Below, in pieces: positions 9,747-20,000 of a stretch of 64,000 nucleotides of DNA. The DNA is taken from NCBI GenBank assembly GCA_015059065.1, contig SVBE01000002.1, positions 94,835 through 158,834 of the forward strand, given 5' to 3'. Position 1 is the first letter of the stretch; the number at the start of each line of letters is the position of its first letter. The translations under genes were made by a program, and so were the position numbers. Source of the stretch: Erysipelotrichaceae bacterium. Its GTDB lineage: Bacteria; Bacillota_I; Bacilli_A; RFN20; CAG-826. The notes beneath the pieces are model-generated. The model did not search any database. It saw only the letters and a list, made by a program, of their open reading frames with translations, and was not told the DNA's origin.

Positions 9747-10853
9747 ATGAAAAAAGAATACGATTATCTCATTGTCGGCGCAGGCCTTTATGGAGCTGTA
9801 TGCGCGTATGAACTAACTAAACGAGGTTATAGATGTCTTGTCATCGACAAAAGAAAACATGTCGGGGGCAATATCTATACGAGAAATGAACACGGCATCA
9901 ACGTCCACGTTTATGGAGCCCATATCTTTCATACCTCAAATGAGGAAGTCTGGAATTATATCAATCAATTCGCGGAGTTCAATAACTTCATCAACTCCCC
10001 TATTGCTATCTATAAAGGAAATAGATATCACCTTCCTTTTAATATGAATACATTCGTGGAAATCTGGCCAGATATCTCTACCCCTGAACAAGCCAAAGAA
10101 AGAATCGAAAAAGAAAAAGCAGAATTTCATATCGAAGAGCCAAAGAACTTAGAAGAACAGGCGATTAACTTAGTCGGTAAAACGATATATGAAAGATTGA
10201 TTAAAGGCTATACAGCCAAACAGTGGGGACGTCCATGTACAGAACTACCACCATTCATCATCAAAAGATTACCGGTGAGATTTGAATTTAATAACAATTA
10301 TTTCAACGACATCTATCAAGGTATTCCCATTGGAGGATATACCCAAATCATCAATAGGATGTTTGAAAAAATCGATTTAAAATTAAATGCTGATTTTTTT
10401 GCAAATCGCGAGTATTTTGAGCAAATCGCCAGTAAAATTATCTATACTGGTCCAATCGATCAATTCTTTGAATATAAATATGGACCACTTGAATATCGCA
10501 CGGTGAGATTTGAAACAGAGACATTAGATATCCCAGATTATCAAGGTAATGCTGTCATCAATTATACGGAATATGAAGTGCCATATACCCGTATAATCGA
10601 ACATAAACATTTCGAATTTGGTAAACAAAATATGACCGTTATCTCTAAAGAATTTTCTTCATCTTGGAAACTTGGAGATGAACCATATTACCCTGTTAAT
10701 AACGATAAGAATAATGCGCTATATCAAAAGTATAAAGAAGAAGCAGATAAACTTCCTAACGTCCATTTCGGTGGTCGACTTGGTCAATATAAATATTACG
10801 ATATGGATAAAGTTATATTAGAAGCTCTTAACTATATAAAAACAATCAAATAA
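9747..10853 (+). CDS. glf: UDP-galactopyranose mutase
   Basis: 368 aa. N-terminal FAD fold YDYLIVGAGLYGAV. GNIYT and AHIFHT motifs and overall length are typical of Glf. Confidence 0.9.
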   Translation: MKKEYDYLIVGAGLYGAVCAYELTKRGYRCLVIDKRKHVGGNIYTRNEHGINVHVYGAHIFHTSNEEVWNYINQFAEFNNFINSPIAIYKGNRYHLPFNMNTFVEIWPDISTPEQAKERIEKEKAEFHIEEPKNLEEQAINLVGKTIYERLIKGYTAKQWGRPCTELPPFIIKRLPVRFEFNNNYFNDIYQGIPIGGYTQIINRMFEKIDLKLNADFFANREYFEQIASKIIYTGPIDQFFEYKYGPLEYRTVRFETETLDIPDYQGNAVINYTEYEVPYTRIIEHKHFEFGKQNMTVISKEFSSSWKLGDEPYYPVNNDKNNALYQKYKEEADKLPNVHFGGRLGQYKYYDMDKVILEALNYIKTIK

Positions 10854-10926
10854 TAAATCATGACAAAAAGACGATAAAACATGACATAGTGATTCACATA
10901 TTTTTGTTTGAAAATATGATGAAAGT

Positions 10927-11517
10927 ATGGATCACCTCGATTTGCTCATCGCGAATAACATCAAAGATTTAAGAAAGAAACACGGCTACACCCAAAGCGA
11001 TCTCGCGAATAAACTCGGCTATACAGTGCAGGCGATTTCGCGTTGGGAAAAAGGAAAGAGTTTGCCTGATCCAGTGATGCTATATAAAGTCGCTGAATTA
11101 TTTGATGTCGATATCAGCTATTTCTATCAGCAGAATCATATTGAAATAGATGAAGAACAAGAAAGAGAGATCAAAAGAAGAGAAACTATTTTTAAAATCG
11201 TTTTGTTTCTCGTCTCTATGTTTATCATCGGCGTCCTCGTCCTCACGATTATATTCTTGATCGATGTCTCCTCGACAAATATCGTTTTATGGATTTTATC
11301 TTTCTTATCCATCGCGACATTAGGGCTTGGAATATATCTAAGGAATGACCGCATCATCAATATCTTTATCCCCATTGTTGTTTTAACGATCAGCACCACT
11401 TTATATTTCTCACTTCATAAAGATATTCCTGAAATAAAATATATCTTCATCCCGATGGTTGTAATCATCGTCTTATTTCTGCTCTTTTTATTATTAATAA
11501 ATAGAAGAAAAAGGTAA
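10927..11517 (+). CDS. XRE-family HTH regulator with C-terminal membrane domain
   Basis: 196 aa. N-terminal HTH (LRKKHGYTQSDLANKLGYTVQAISRWEKG) followed by about 4 hydrophobic helices. Confidence 0.75.
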   Translation: MDHLDLLIANNIKDLRKKHGYTQSDLANKLGYTVQAISRWEKGKSLPDPVMLYKVAELFDVDISYFYQQNHIEIDEEQEREIKRRETIFKIVLFLVSMFIIGVLVLTIIFLIDVSSTNIVLWILSFLSIATLGLGIYLRNDRIINIFIPIVVLTISTTLYFSLHKDIPEIKYIFIPMVVIIVLFLLFLLLINRRKR

Positions 11518-11581
11518 TTCAATTTTTAATTGATAGGTTTTTATTTGCCTCTAAGTAAAAATGATGCTAGGAGGTCAATTT

Positions 11582-12484
11582 ATGTCATATATCAAAATCG
11601 AACACGTCAGTAAAGATTACGGGCATTCAAAAGGTATTTTTGATATCAGCTTCACGGTTAATAAAGGTGAAGTATTTGGTTATCTCGGTCCAAATGGGGC
11701 TGGTAAAACAACAACGATTAGGAATCTATTAGGTTTCATTCATCCTGATCAAGGTCATATTTATGTCAACGATAACGACACTTGGTTAAATCATCATCTC
11801 ACGAATAAGATTATTGGTTATCTTCCTGGAGAGATAAATTTCCCTTCTTCTATGAACGGGGAAGAAGTTCTCAAATGGAATAGGGAATTAAAGAAAGTCA
11901 ATGATGTTTCTTTCCAAAACGAACTCATCGAATATTTCGAACTCAAGCATCTTGAAACAAAGGTCAAGAGAATGTCGAAAGGAATGAAGCAGAAGCTCGG
12001 TCTCATCTGTGCTTTTATGAACAATCCCGATATTCTCGTCCTCGATGAACCGACAAGTGGACTTGACCCATTAATGCAAGATAAATTCGTCCGTCTTATC
12101 AAACGCTTTAAAGATGAAGGGAAAACCATCCTCATGTCATCACATATGTTCAGCGAGATTGAAAAGACCTGTGACCGCGTCGCGATCATCAAAAGTGGAC
12201 ATATCGTTTCTATCTTCACCTTAAGAGAAATCTTCGACAGTGAAGAAGAAACATTCCTCGTGGAATTTGTTAACGAAAAAGATGCGATTAAATACGCGAA
12301 AAGTAAAAAGATTGATAATGATAAAAACTACGTCAAAATCACAATTAAACGCGCAGAAGTTGATTATTTATTAAAAGAATTAAGTGTTTATAAAATTCAT
12401 AAGATGAGTGAAATTAAAAAGACACTTGAAGACGTATTCATGAATTTCTATGAAGCAAATAAGGAGGAAAATATCCATGATTAA
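11582..12484 (+). CDS. ABC transporter ATP-binding protein
   Basis: Walker A GPNGAGKTT, signature MSKGMKQKL, Walker B ILVLDEPTSGLD. I prefer the ATG at 11582 (AGGAGG about 7 nt upstream) over the track start at 11561. Confidence 0.9.
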   Translation: MSYIKIEHVSKDYGHSKGIFDISFTVNKGEVFGYLGPNGAGKTTTIRNLLGFIHPDQGHIYVNDNDTWLNHHLTNKIIGYLPGEINFPSSMNGEEVLKWNRELKKVNDVSFQNELIEYFELKHLETKVKRMSKGMKQKLGLICAFMNNPDILVLDEPTSGLDPLMQDKFVRLIKRFKDEGKTILMSSHMFSEIEKTCDRVAIIKSGHIVSIFTLREIFDSEEETFLVEFVNEKDAIKYAKSKKIDNDKNYVKITIKRAEVDYLLKELSVYKIHKMSEIKKTLEDVFMNFYEANKEENIHD

Positions 12485-13232
12485 AGCAATACTTAAATAC
12501 GATATCAAATCTTCACTTAAGAATTGGCTTATCTGTACCGCTATCTTATTACTACTTTTTGTCGCTTTATATTTCTCAAGTGAAAGCATGAAGAATAGAG
12601 GGGCATTCCTCATTCAACAATACTTCACGATGTTTGCAACCCTCATTCCTCTTATTTTTATCATCACCACTGCTAATAAACTCGTGGTTAACCAAGTCGA
12701 CGAAGGTTCATTCTTCATGGTAATGGTCAGCTCCAACCGCCGTATTAATATCATTCTCACAAAAGCACTATTCTATATCGGCGCGATTACTCTGATGAAC
12801 GGACTTCTCGCTTTAGCTGTTCTCATTCTTGTTAACGCACATCCACTATCAATGGATTTAGAAACTGCTATGCTACTCGTCTTATTCAACTATCTAGTTT
12901 CTCTTGCCGTGAGTTCAATTTGTTTCTTTGCCACTACTTTCTTTAACAATAAGAAAAACGCGAATATGTTATGCGCTGGTTTCCCTCTCATCTCATATGG
13001 CTTATTCACTTTAGCAAATATGTTCACAGAGATTCCTAACCTTGAAGATCAACCATTAGTGGCTTTCCTAAGCAAACTCAAATATGTTTCAATCTATTCT
13101 TTAGCGGATACTTCTCTCATCAATGAGAGGTCTGGATGGCTCATCTTCATCGCGATTATCCTCCCGTTAGCCGCGGTAGCAATATATTCCTTATCAAGTA
13201 TATATTTCACAAAAAAGGATATTTGTTTATAA
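12477..13232 (+). CDS. ABC-2 type permease
   Basis: Six hydrophobic segments. I prefer the ATG at 12477, which follows AAGGAGG (12461-12467) and overlaps the upstream stop. The track start is 12450. Confidence 0.7.
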   Translation: MIKAILKYDIKSSLKNWLICTAILLLLFVALYFSSESMKNRGAFLIQQYFTMFATLIPLIFIITTANKLVVNQVDEGSFFMVMVSSNRRINIILTKALFYIGAITLMNGLLALAVLILVNAHPLSMDLETAMLLVLFNYLVSLAVSSICFFATTFFNNKKNANMLCAGFPLISYGLFTLANMFTEIPNLEDQPLVAFLSKLKYVSIYSLADTSLINERSGWLIFIAIILPLAAVAIYSLSSIYFTKKDICL

Positions 13233-13236
13233 AAAC

Positions 13237-13271
13237 AAAACAAGGTGGCAATTAAGTCACCTTGTTTTGTA
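13237..13271. terminator. Bidirectional terminator hairpin, copy 1 of a 35-nt direct repeat
   Basis: AAAA-ACAAGGTG-gcaattaagt-CACCTTGT-TTTTG. 34/35 identical to 13930..13964. Confidence 0.75.
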
Positions 13272-13278
13272 TCTGCCA

Positions 13279-13584
13279 TTATTTCAATAAGCCGTCAAAC
13301 TTCCTTCTCGCATCTAATATGCGGTAAATCATCACCGAATCATTTTTTATTTCGTAAAGAATGATGTAACGTCCGTCTACTATGCATTTACGAATTGTGA
13401 TTGGAAAATTATTAGGCATTGGGAATTCTGAAAAACGTTCTGGAAAAGAAGATAATGAAAGACCTGCTGAAATAATATTTGAAGAAAGCGCTGACGCTGC
13501 TTCTAACGACACTTTTCTTTGGAATGAAACGTGCTCAGTAAGATCGGAAAGCGATTTTGACGACCACTCTATTTTATATTCCAT
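13279..13584 (-). CDS. RelE/ParE-family type II toxin
   Basis: 101 aa. Size, position directly after a Phd-like gene (no gap), and the C-terminal pattern GRYIILYEIKNDSVMIYRILDARR typical of ParE/RelE. Confidence 0.75.
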   Translation of the reverse strand: MEYKIEWSSKSLSDLTEHVSFQRKVSLEAASALSSNIISAGLSLSSFPERFSEFPMPNNFPITIRKCIVDGRYIILYEIKNDSVMIYRILDARRKFDGLLK

Positions 13585-13851
13585 TTATTCACCTTTAATG
13601 ATTTTATCCATCATTGCTTTCACTTCATCAGTGGAGAATGTTTTAGCCCCAGATAGATTATCGATATATGCTTCTAAAACCATTTGTTGGGCACGAAGTA
13701 ATTGTTCTCGTCTTTCAAAAGAAGCAATATCCATTACTACCGCGTCACCTTCTCCGTTTTTTGTTAAGTAGATTGGTTCACCTGTTTGTCGGCATTCTTC
13801 TATAACCGCGTTATAGTTAGTTCTTATATCAGCAGACGCGCGAATATTCAT
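13585..13851 (-). CDS. Phd/YefM-family antitoxin
   Basis: 88 aa. N-terminal pattern IRTNYNAVIEECRQTGEPIYLTKNGEGDAVVMDIASFE is typical of Phd/YefM. Confidence 0.8.
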   Translation of the reverse strand: MNIRASADIRTNYNAVIEECRQTGEPIYLTKNGEGDAVVMDIASFERREQLLRAQQMVLEAYIDNLSGAKTFSTDEVKAMMDKIIKGE

Positions 13852-13929
13852 TTCAATTCCTCCTTATCATAATTAAATTATAACTAAATTTAGTAATAAT
13901 TCAATAATATTAATAGTATCTAACAACAA

Positions 13930-13964
13930 AAAACAAGGTGGCATTTAAGTCACCTTGTTTTGTA
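13930..13964. terminator. Bidirectional terminator hairpin, copy 2 of the 35-nt direct repeat
   Basis: AAAA-ACAAGGTG-gcatttaagt-CACCTTGT-TTTTG. Lies 15 nt beyond the GH3 stop at 13979. Confidence 0.75.
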
Positions 13965-13978
13965 GTGAGGAACTATTT

Positions 13979-16900
13979 TTATTCGGACTGTTTCTCGTTG
14001 TTATTATCAGGAGTTACTTCTTCAACTGGTTGACCAGTTTTAGCTTTCTTGTCCTTCTTTTTATGGAAGTAACAGAAGTAAACCCAAATACCGAGACCAA
14101 TCACTGCAACAGCATCAACACCGACAATAATCCAGATCCAAGTCTTTGCCGCACTTGGAGAAGTCTTACCCACTAATGTGGAAGCAGGTGCGTCTTTCAC
14201 TGGATTCTTTAAATATTCGGATTGACGATACATCGTATTGCAGAATGTATAGAGCATATTCTTAGTCGCTTTTCTCGCGGCAGTCACACTTGTCGCCGAA
14301 CCACGGTCTCTAATCGTTCCAATCGTGTCAGAACGTAAACCGTTAAGCCACATATCGTTACCGGCTCTAATGCCTTGATCGATATCCATAAAGCCCATTT
14401 CCCAGTCAAGCGCGTAGTCTGTTAAGACGCTGCCTCTAAATCCCCATTCATCACGGAGAATACCAGTTAATAAGCCATAGTTTCCGCCACACCAAGTTGC
14501 CCCTAATCTATTAAAAGCAGACATGATCGCATTCGCACCACCTTCTTTAACTGTGATTTCAAATGAACGGGCATAGATTTCTCTTAATGATTGTTCATTT
14601 AACCAAGTTAATAAGCCTTCTCTCTTATTTTCAGTTTCGTTAACAACGAAGTGTTTGAGATAGCAGTATAAGCCGTTATCAGTCGCACCTTCGATTGTCT
14701 TCGCACACATCTTACCAGAGAGGAGAGGATCTTCAGAATAATATTCGAAGTTACGTCCATCAAATGGTGAACGGTGGATGTTCGCGGCAGGTGCGTACCA
14801 ACCCGCGACACCAGTCACATAAGCTTCATAGCCCATTGTTAAGCCGAAACGTAAGGAGATATCTTCATTCCAAGTTTGAGCAATCGCTGTTTCAATTGGG
14901 AAGCTAGTCCAGAAGACAGGAGTAGAAGAACCACCCGCGTTAATCTCTTGGTTAAGACCACTTGGACCATCTAAGTCTAAATGTTCTGGTTTGCCAACGG
15001 AATTAACCGCTTTAGTTCTAAATCCACCACCTTGGATGACGCCATATAATTCGTCAACAGTCACTTGGTTAAGAACTTCATCCCATAATGGGTCATCATA
15101 ATCTTTACCAAGTCTTAAGACTAATTCTTCATTTAAGTTATTACCGTCTTTATATAAGCGGTAGTCACCAGCTTTGCCTTGTGTTGGCATGACATCAGTG
15201 TCCGCATCAGTTGGTAACCAACCATCCGCAGGCATCTTATCTGATCTTGCTCTCGCTGCTCTTGGAGCAGGGAAAGTATCTTTGAAGTTATTTCTTGTTA
15301 AATAAGTGATACCTTCATTTGTGTCTCTACCATCGATAGAAACATCGCCTTTAGTGACATTACTACCAGTGAAACGGTTATGCACTACATCAGCTTCAAT
15401 AGCTGAACTAGCATCTACGAAATAATGGAATTCATCGATGACGTTATGAGCGTCAGAGCGAAGTGAGATATCATATTCACCAGCTTCTAAGACATAACCA
15501 CCATCTTCACCCACAACACCAGATTTATTTTCCGTGTCATATGACTTCATATCGGAACCTTTAAAAGTTAAGGTAATTTCTTCTGATGCTCCTGGAGCAA
15601 TTAAGCCAGTTTTTGCAAAGCTCACAAGGTTGACCGCACTCTTTTCAACGCCACCTAGAGTATATGGAGGATTGAAATATAATTGGACAACTTCTTTACC
15701 CGCAACTGTTCCAGTGTTAGCGACTTTCACATTCACCTTAATTTCTGATTCAGGAGTGATATAACTATTATCCGCTGGGGAAATGCTAAGGATTTCTTGA
15801 GTGAATGAAGTGTAAGATAAGCCATATCCGAATGGATATTGAACGACTTGATCATATCCTTCAACACCCCATCTAGTCTTCGCATATTCGCTGTTCCAGA
15901 ATCCTTCCGCATCCGCTGTTTCATACCAACGATATCCGTTATAGATACCTTCAGCATAATCGACGTAAACTTGGTCGGAATTAGTGTATTTTCTAATACC
16001 ACCTTTTTCGCCGTTAATTTCACGGCAGTCAGGGGCGTTCGCGAATGTCGCTGCTGTTGAGAAATCATAAGCATATGTATCAACAGTTTTACCAGATGGA
16101 TTGATTTTACCAGAGAGGATGTCCGCGATAGCAACCGCGCCGGATTGACCAGCACCGCTAATCGAAATCGCCGCATCGATCTTTGGATCATCTAAGAAGG
16201 AGAGGTTCATCGCATTACAAGCATCGATGATAACCACTACTTTTTCAAAGTTTTCTTTAACGAGGTTTAACATATCCTCTTCTTCTTTAGAAATATCTAA
16301 GTAAGTACGTGAATAATCATCTAAATTACTTTCGAATTTCTTTTGAATACGAGGAATATCTTGTCCTTCACCACCCGCACGGGCAATCACAACGACCGCT
16401 GTGTTAGAGAATTCTTTTGCCCCCGCAATATGTGGTTGGACTTTATCAACGGTTGGTTCGATGAGGTTGAAGAATGGGTAAGCCGCATTCCAATAGTCTC
16501 CTCTATCTCTACCAGCTTTATAAGAAGAATACATATCCATTAATGGATGATAATATTCGAATTGGCCTTTAACTTCTGGTAAAGTTTCTTTCCCGTCTCT
16601 AGTCATTGCTGGTTGCCCTTCAAGAGCACCTAATAATGTGACGAGTTTACCAGAGCCTCTTTCCGCAGATCCACCGGATCCACTTCCAGAAGTGATGAAT
16701 CCTCCATCAGTCGCGCCCCAGCCAAAGAGCGCGATTGGGATTTTACCTTTTTCGTTTTTATTAGTTAACGGTAAGGCGACGCCGTCATTTTTAAGAAGGA
16801 CGACACCTTCGGATTCAATTTCTTGGCACATGTTGTTACCAGCGGAAGAATCAAACTGTGAGAAGTCCGCACCGAAACCACCTAAGTAGATGGAGATGAT

Positions 16901-17002
16901 TTCGGAGAAGTGGTTAACGGCGACGTTAACACCGATCACCACTCCGGCGACAAGCACCATGCCAATTGTTTGTATGATTTTTGATAATTTACCCTTTTTC
17001 AT
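13979..17002 (-). CDS. GH3 glycoside hydrolase with reversed (circularly permuted) domain order and TM helices at both ends
   Basis: 1007 aa. N-terminal TM (IGMVLVAGVVIGVNVAV). Sandwich domain (VVVIARAGGEGQD), YPFGYGLSYTSF plus an Fn3-like domain. Only then the catalytic barrel (NIHRSPFDGRNFEYYSEDP, KHFVVNETE, GSVLTDY). C-terminal TM (WIWIIVGVDAVAVIGLGIWVYFCYF) plus a K-rich tail. Confidence 0.85.
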   Translation of the reverse strand: MKKGKLSKIIQTIGMVLVAGVVIGVNVAVNHFSEIISIYLGGFGADFSQFDSSAGNNMCQEIESEGVVLLKNDGVALPLTNKNEKGKIPIALFGWGATDGGFITSGSGSGGSAERGSGKLVTLLGALEGQPAMTRDGKETLPEVKGQFEYYHPLMDMYSSYKAGRDRGDYWNAAYPFFNLIEPTVDKVQPHIAGAKEFSNTAVVVIARAGGEGQDIPRIQKKFESNLDDYSRTYLDISKEEEDMLNLVKENFEKVVVIIDACNAMNLSFLDDPKIDAAISISGAGQSGAVAIADILSGKINPSGKTVDTYAYDFSTAATFANAPDCREINGEKGGIRKYTNSDQVYVDYAEGIYNGYRWYETADAEGFWNSEYAKTRWGVEGYDQVVQYPFGYGLSYTSFTQEILSISPADNSYITPESEIKVNVKVANTGTVAGKEVVQLYFNPPYTLGGVEKSAVNLVSFAKTGLIAPGASEEITLTFKGSDMKSYDTENKSGVVGEDGGYVLEAGEYDISLRSDAHNVIDEFHYFVDASSAIEADVVHNRFTGSNVTKGDVSIDGRDTNEGITYLTRNNFKDTFPAPRAARARSDKMPADGWLPTDADTDVMPTQGKAGDYRLYKDGNNLNEELVLRLGKDYDDPLWDEVLNQVTVDELYGVIQGGGFRTKAVNSVGKPEHLDLDGPSGLNQEINAGGSSTPVFWTSFPIETAIAQTWNEDISLRFGLTMGYEAYVTGVAGWYAPAANIHRSPFDGRNFEYYSEDPLLSGKMCAKTIEGATDNGLYCYLKHFVVNETENKREGLLTWLNEQSLREIYARSFEITVKEGGANAIMSAFNRLGATWCGGNYGLLTGILRDEWGFRGSVLTDYALDWEMGFMDIDQGIRAGNDMWLNGLRSDTIGTIRDRGSATSVTAARKATKNMLYTFCNTMYRQSEYLKNPVKDAPASTLVGKTSPSAAKTWIWIIVGVDAVAVIGLGIWVYFCYFHKKKDKKAKTGQPVEEVTPDNNNEKQSE

Positions 17003-17011
17003 AATCGTTAA

Positions 17012-20000
17012 TTATTCTGCTGTTGAGTAAGAGATATTGCTAATAGTAATATCGCCATCTGTGTATGTCGCGCCTTCGCCTTCAGCCCAGAATGAGTTGA
17101 TGAAGACGACTAATGTTTTAACACCTGAATCAGAGGCAAAGCCTAATGTAATGCTTCTTTCTCCACCAGCAGCAACGTTAAGTTGAGCAACATTAGTATC
17201 AGTGTTGAAGTAATCATATCCACCGATATTTTCTAAATATGAAGCTTCAGGGTCATCAACGAGACCTTTGAAGTTGAATTGAACGCTTTCTGCACCATCG
17301 TTTTTAAAAGTAAGAGAGAGTCTATTAACGCCTTCTCCATAAGATAATTCAGCACGGATATTTGCATATGTATTTTCTTTAACACTAGCATAAGTAATAT
17401 TTGATGTTCCATCAGTAGCATTGTTTTCAATAACGTATGCGTTACTAGTTGTGAATGTTAAAGCAGTAACCGGTTCTTCTTCAACAACTTCGAATGCAAC
17501 ATCGCTGATTGTGATATCGCCATTAGTGAATGTAGCCGGAGTATCTGCCCAACCAGTGTTGATAAAGGCAACGAGGTTATTCGCACCAGCAGTTCCATCA
17601 AAGGCAATAACGATGTCTCTACTATTACCAGCGGCAACATTGTATTGAACAGTCTTGTCGGCACCGAAGTAGTCATAACTGTCTAATGCAGTGCAGTAAG
17701 AAGTCTCTCCAGAATCGATTTGAACTTTGAATGTGAATTTAACATTTTCCGCGCCAGCATTAGTGATCTTGAAGGAAACTCTATTAGTGCCTTCTTCTAA
17801 ATCAGTTAATGGAGCTTGAACGTTATGATAAGTCGCTTCAGTAACACTTTCATAAGTGATATGGGAAGTGCCAGCAGTTGTATCATTTACAATAGTATAT
17901 TCATTATCAGTTGTGAACATTAATGTAGTTTTTGTTTCTGGGGTTGGATCTGGATTTGGTGTTGGGGTTGGATCTGGATCAGCTGGTGCAGTGAAGACAA
18001 AGCTTGAGAAGACGACTTCACCTGTTTTAGTGTCAGCACTATCATTGCAGGAATCAACAAAGATTACTAATTTATCGAATGATTCAGTAGATTGATCGAT
18101 TTTAATAACTAAGTTCGCGTTACTATTAGCTTTGACAGTTAAGATAACACCTTCACCGGAGTAATCAACTGTACCAACGATATCACCAGTGGCTGAAGCA
18201 GAGACGTGAAGCGGATTACTAGTTGTATCACTAGTTTTGTGATGTGTATCAACACGAACTTTTGCATCAGCAGTACCTTTGTTAGTGATGTTAACGGAAA
18301 CAGTATCAGTAGTTGCAGAAACTGCGCCACTTAAATCGTTCGCGCCAACACAGGCATAGGAATTACCAACGAGTTCAGAATAGGAAACGGATAAGACTTT
18401 GTCGCTTTCACTAGAAGTTGCTGTGTAAGCATCACTGCTCTTCCAGAAAGTTAAAGCTGCAGCATTATCATCTAAATCTGGAACCACTACTGGATCAACT
18501 GGAGTTGGAGTAGGTTCTGGATCGACTGGAGTTGGTTCTGGATCAACTGGAGTTGGGGTTGGCTCTGGATCAACTGGAGTTGGAGTAGGTTCTGGATCGA
18601 CTGGAGTTGGTTCTCCACTAGCAGCAAATTCAAAACTTGAGAGAACAATCTTACCACTAGTGGCTTCTCCGCCGATTGAATCGAGGAAGAAAATGTATTC
18701 ACCTAATGTAGCAGCACCGGATAAATCGATAGTCACAACGACGGATTTCTTCGCAGCAACCACGAATTTAGTGCCTTCACCGCTAAAGTCTAAACCACTG
18801 TAATCGCCTTCTTCACCAGCGATAGCGGCACCAGACTGTAAATGGGCACCGGCAGCACTCTTAGTGTCAATACGAATATTTGCAGCTTTTAAACCTTTGT
18901 TAGTCACAGTTACTTTGACTTGATTGACAGAAGCGAGGTCAGTAATACCTGCTAAGGATTCTGCACCGATGCATTTATATGCATAGGCAGCAATATCAGA
19001 ATAAGTAACGGAGACGGATTTACCGCTATCACCACTGACAGCTGGATAACTAGTCGCATCGCTGCTCCAGAAGCTTAATGCTACTGCATCATCACTGATT
19101 GCAGGAACGACGACAGTATCATCATAAGGTAGATCACCTGGCTCTGGTGTTGGGGTTGGTTCTGGATCAACCGGAGCTGGTGTTGGTTCACTAGGAACAT
19201 CTTCATCGAAGCTTGCAAATTTCACTTCAGAGATGGAGATATTACCATTGTTTTCTTTAACAGCTTCTTGCAAAGAGTCAAAGAAGACTAATAAGTTTTT
19301 CGCCGCACCTTTATCAGTATCAGTAGCATAATTGATTGTGATAACGACTTCTTCGCCTGCCTTTAAAGTGAATGAACTTCCACCCCATTCGAGGTTAGTA
19401 GAAACGTTTCTACCGTCGGAAGCAGAGGCACTTGTATTTAAACAGTCAGTATTACCGACTTTATTTTCACCTTGAACGTCCACTCTAACGGAGACATTAG
19501 TTGTTCCATTGTTTTTGAATTTGAGACCTAAGGCATCATTCTCACCATTCGCGAGACTTCCCACATTGGCAATGATATTTTCATAGCCGGAAGCTTGGGT
19601 ATAAGTGACAGTAGTCACGCCATCTTCCTTAACAACTGTATAGTCTGGAGTATCAGAGAATGTGACATCGACTGGATCGATATCTTCCCATGGATCAACA
19701 GTTGGAGTTGGCTCTGGTGTTGGAGGAACAATTGGTTGGCCAGAAGTACTGGCAAACTTAATATCTTTAACCGTGATATTACCACCTTGGTGAGCCGCTG
19801 GGGCTTCGGATAAGGAATCAGTGAAGATTAAGATGTTTTTCGCTAAACCTCTATTAGTAGTGACATCATATTTGATGACTAATCTCGCTTCTTCACCAGC
19901 TGCTAAAGTGAGTTTACTTCCACCCCATTCAGGGTCAGTAGAGACTTCAGCATCAGTGCCATAAGCAATGGCCATTTCATTTAATGCATCGCGGTTACCA

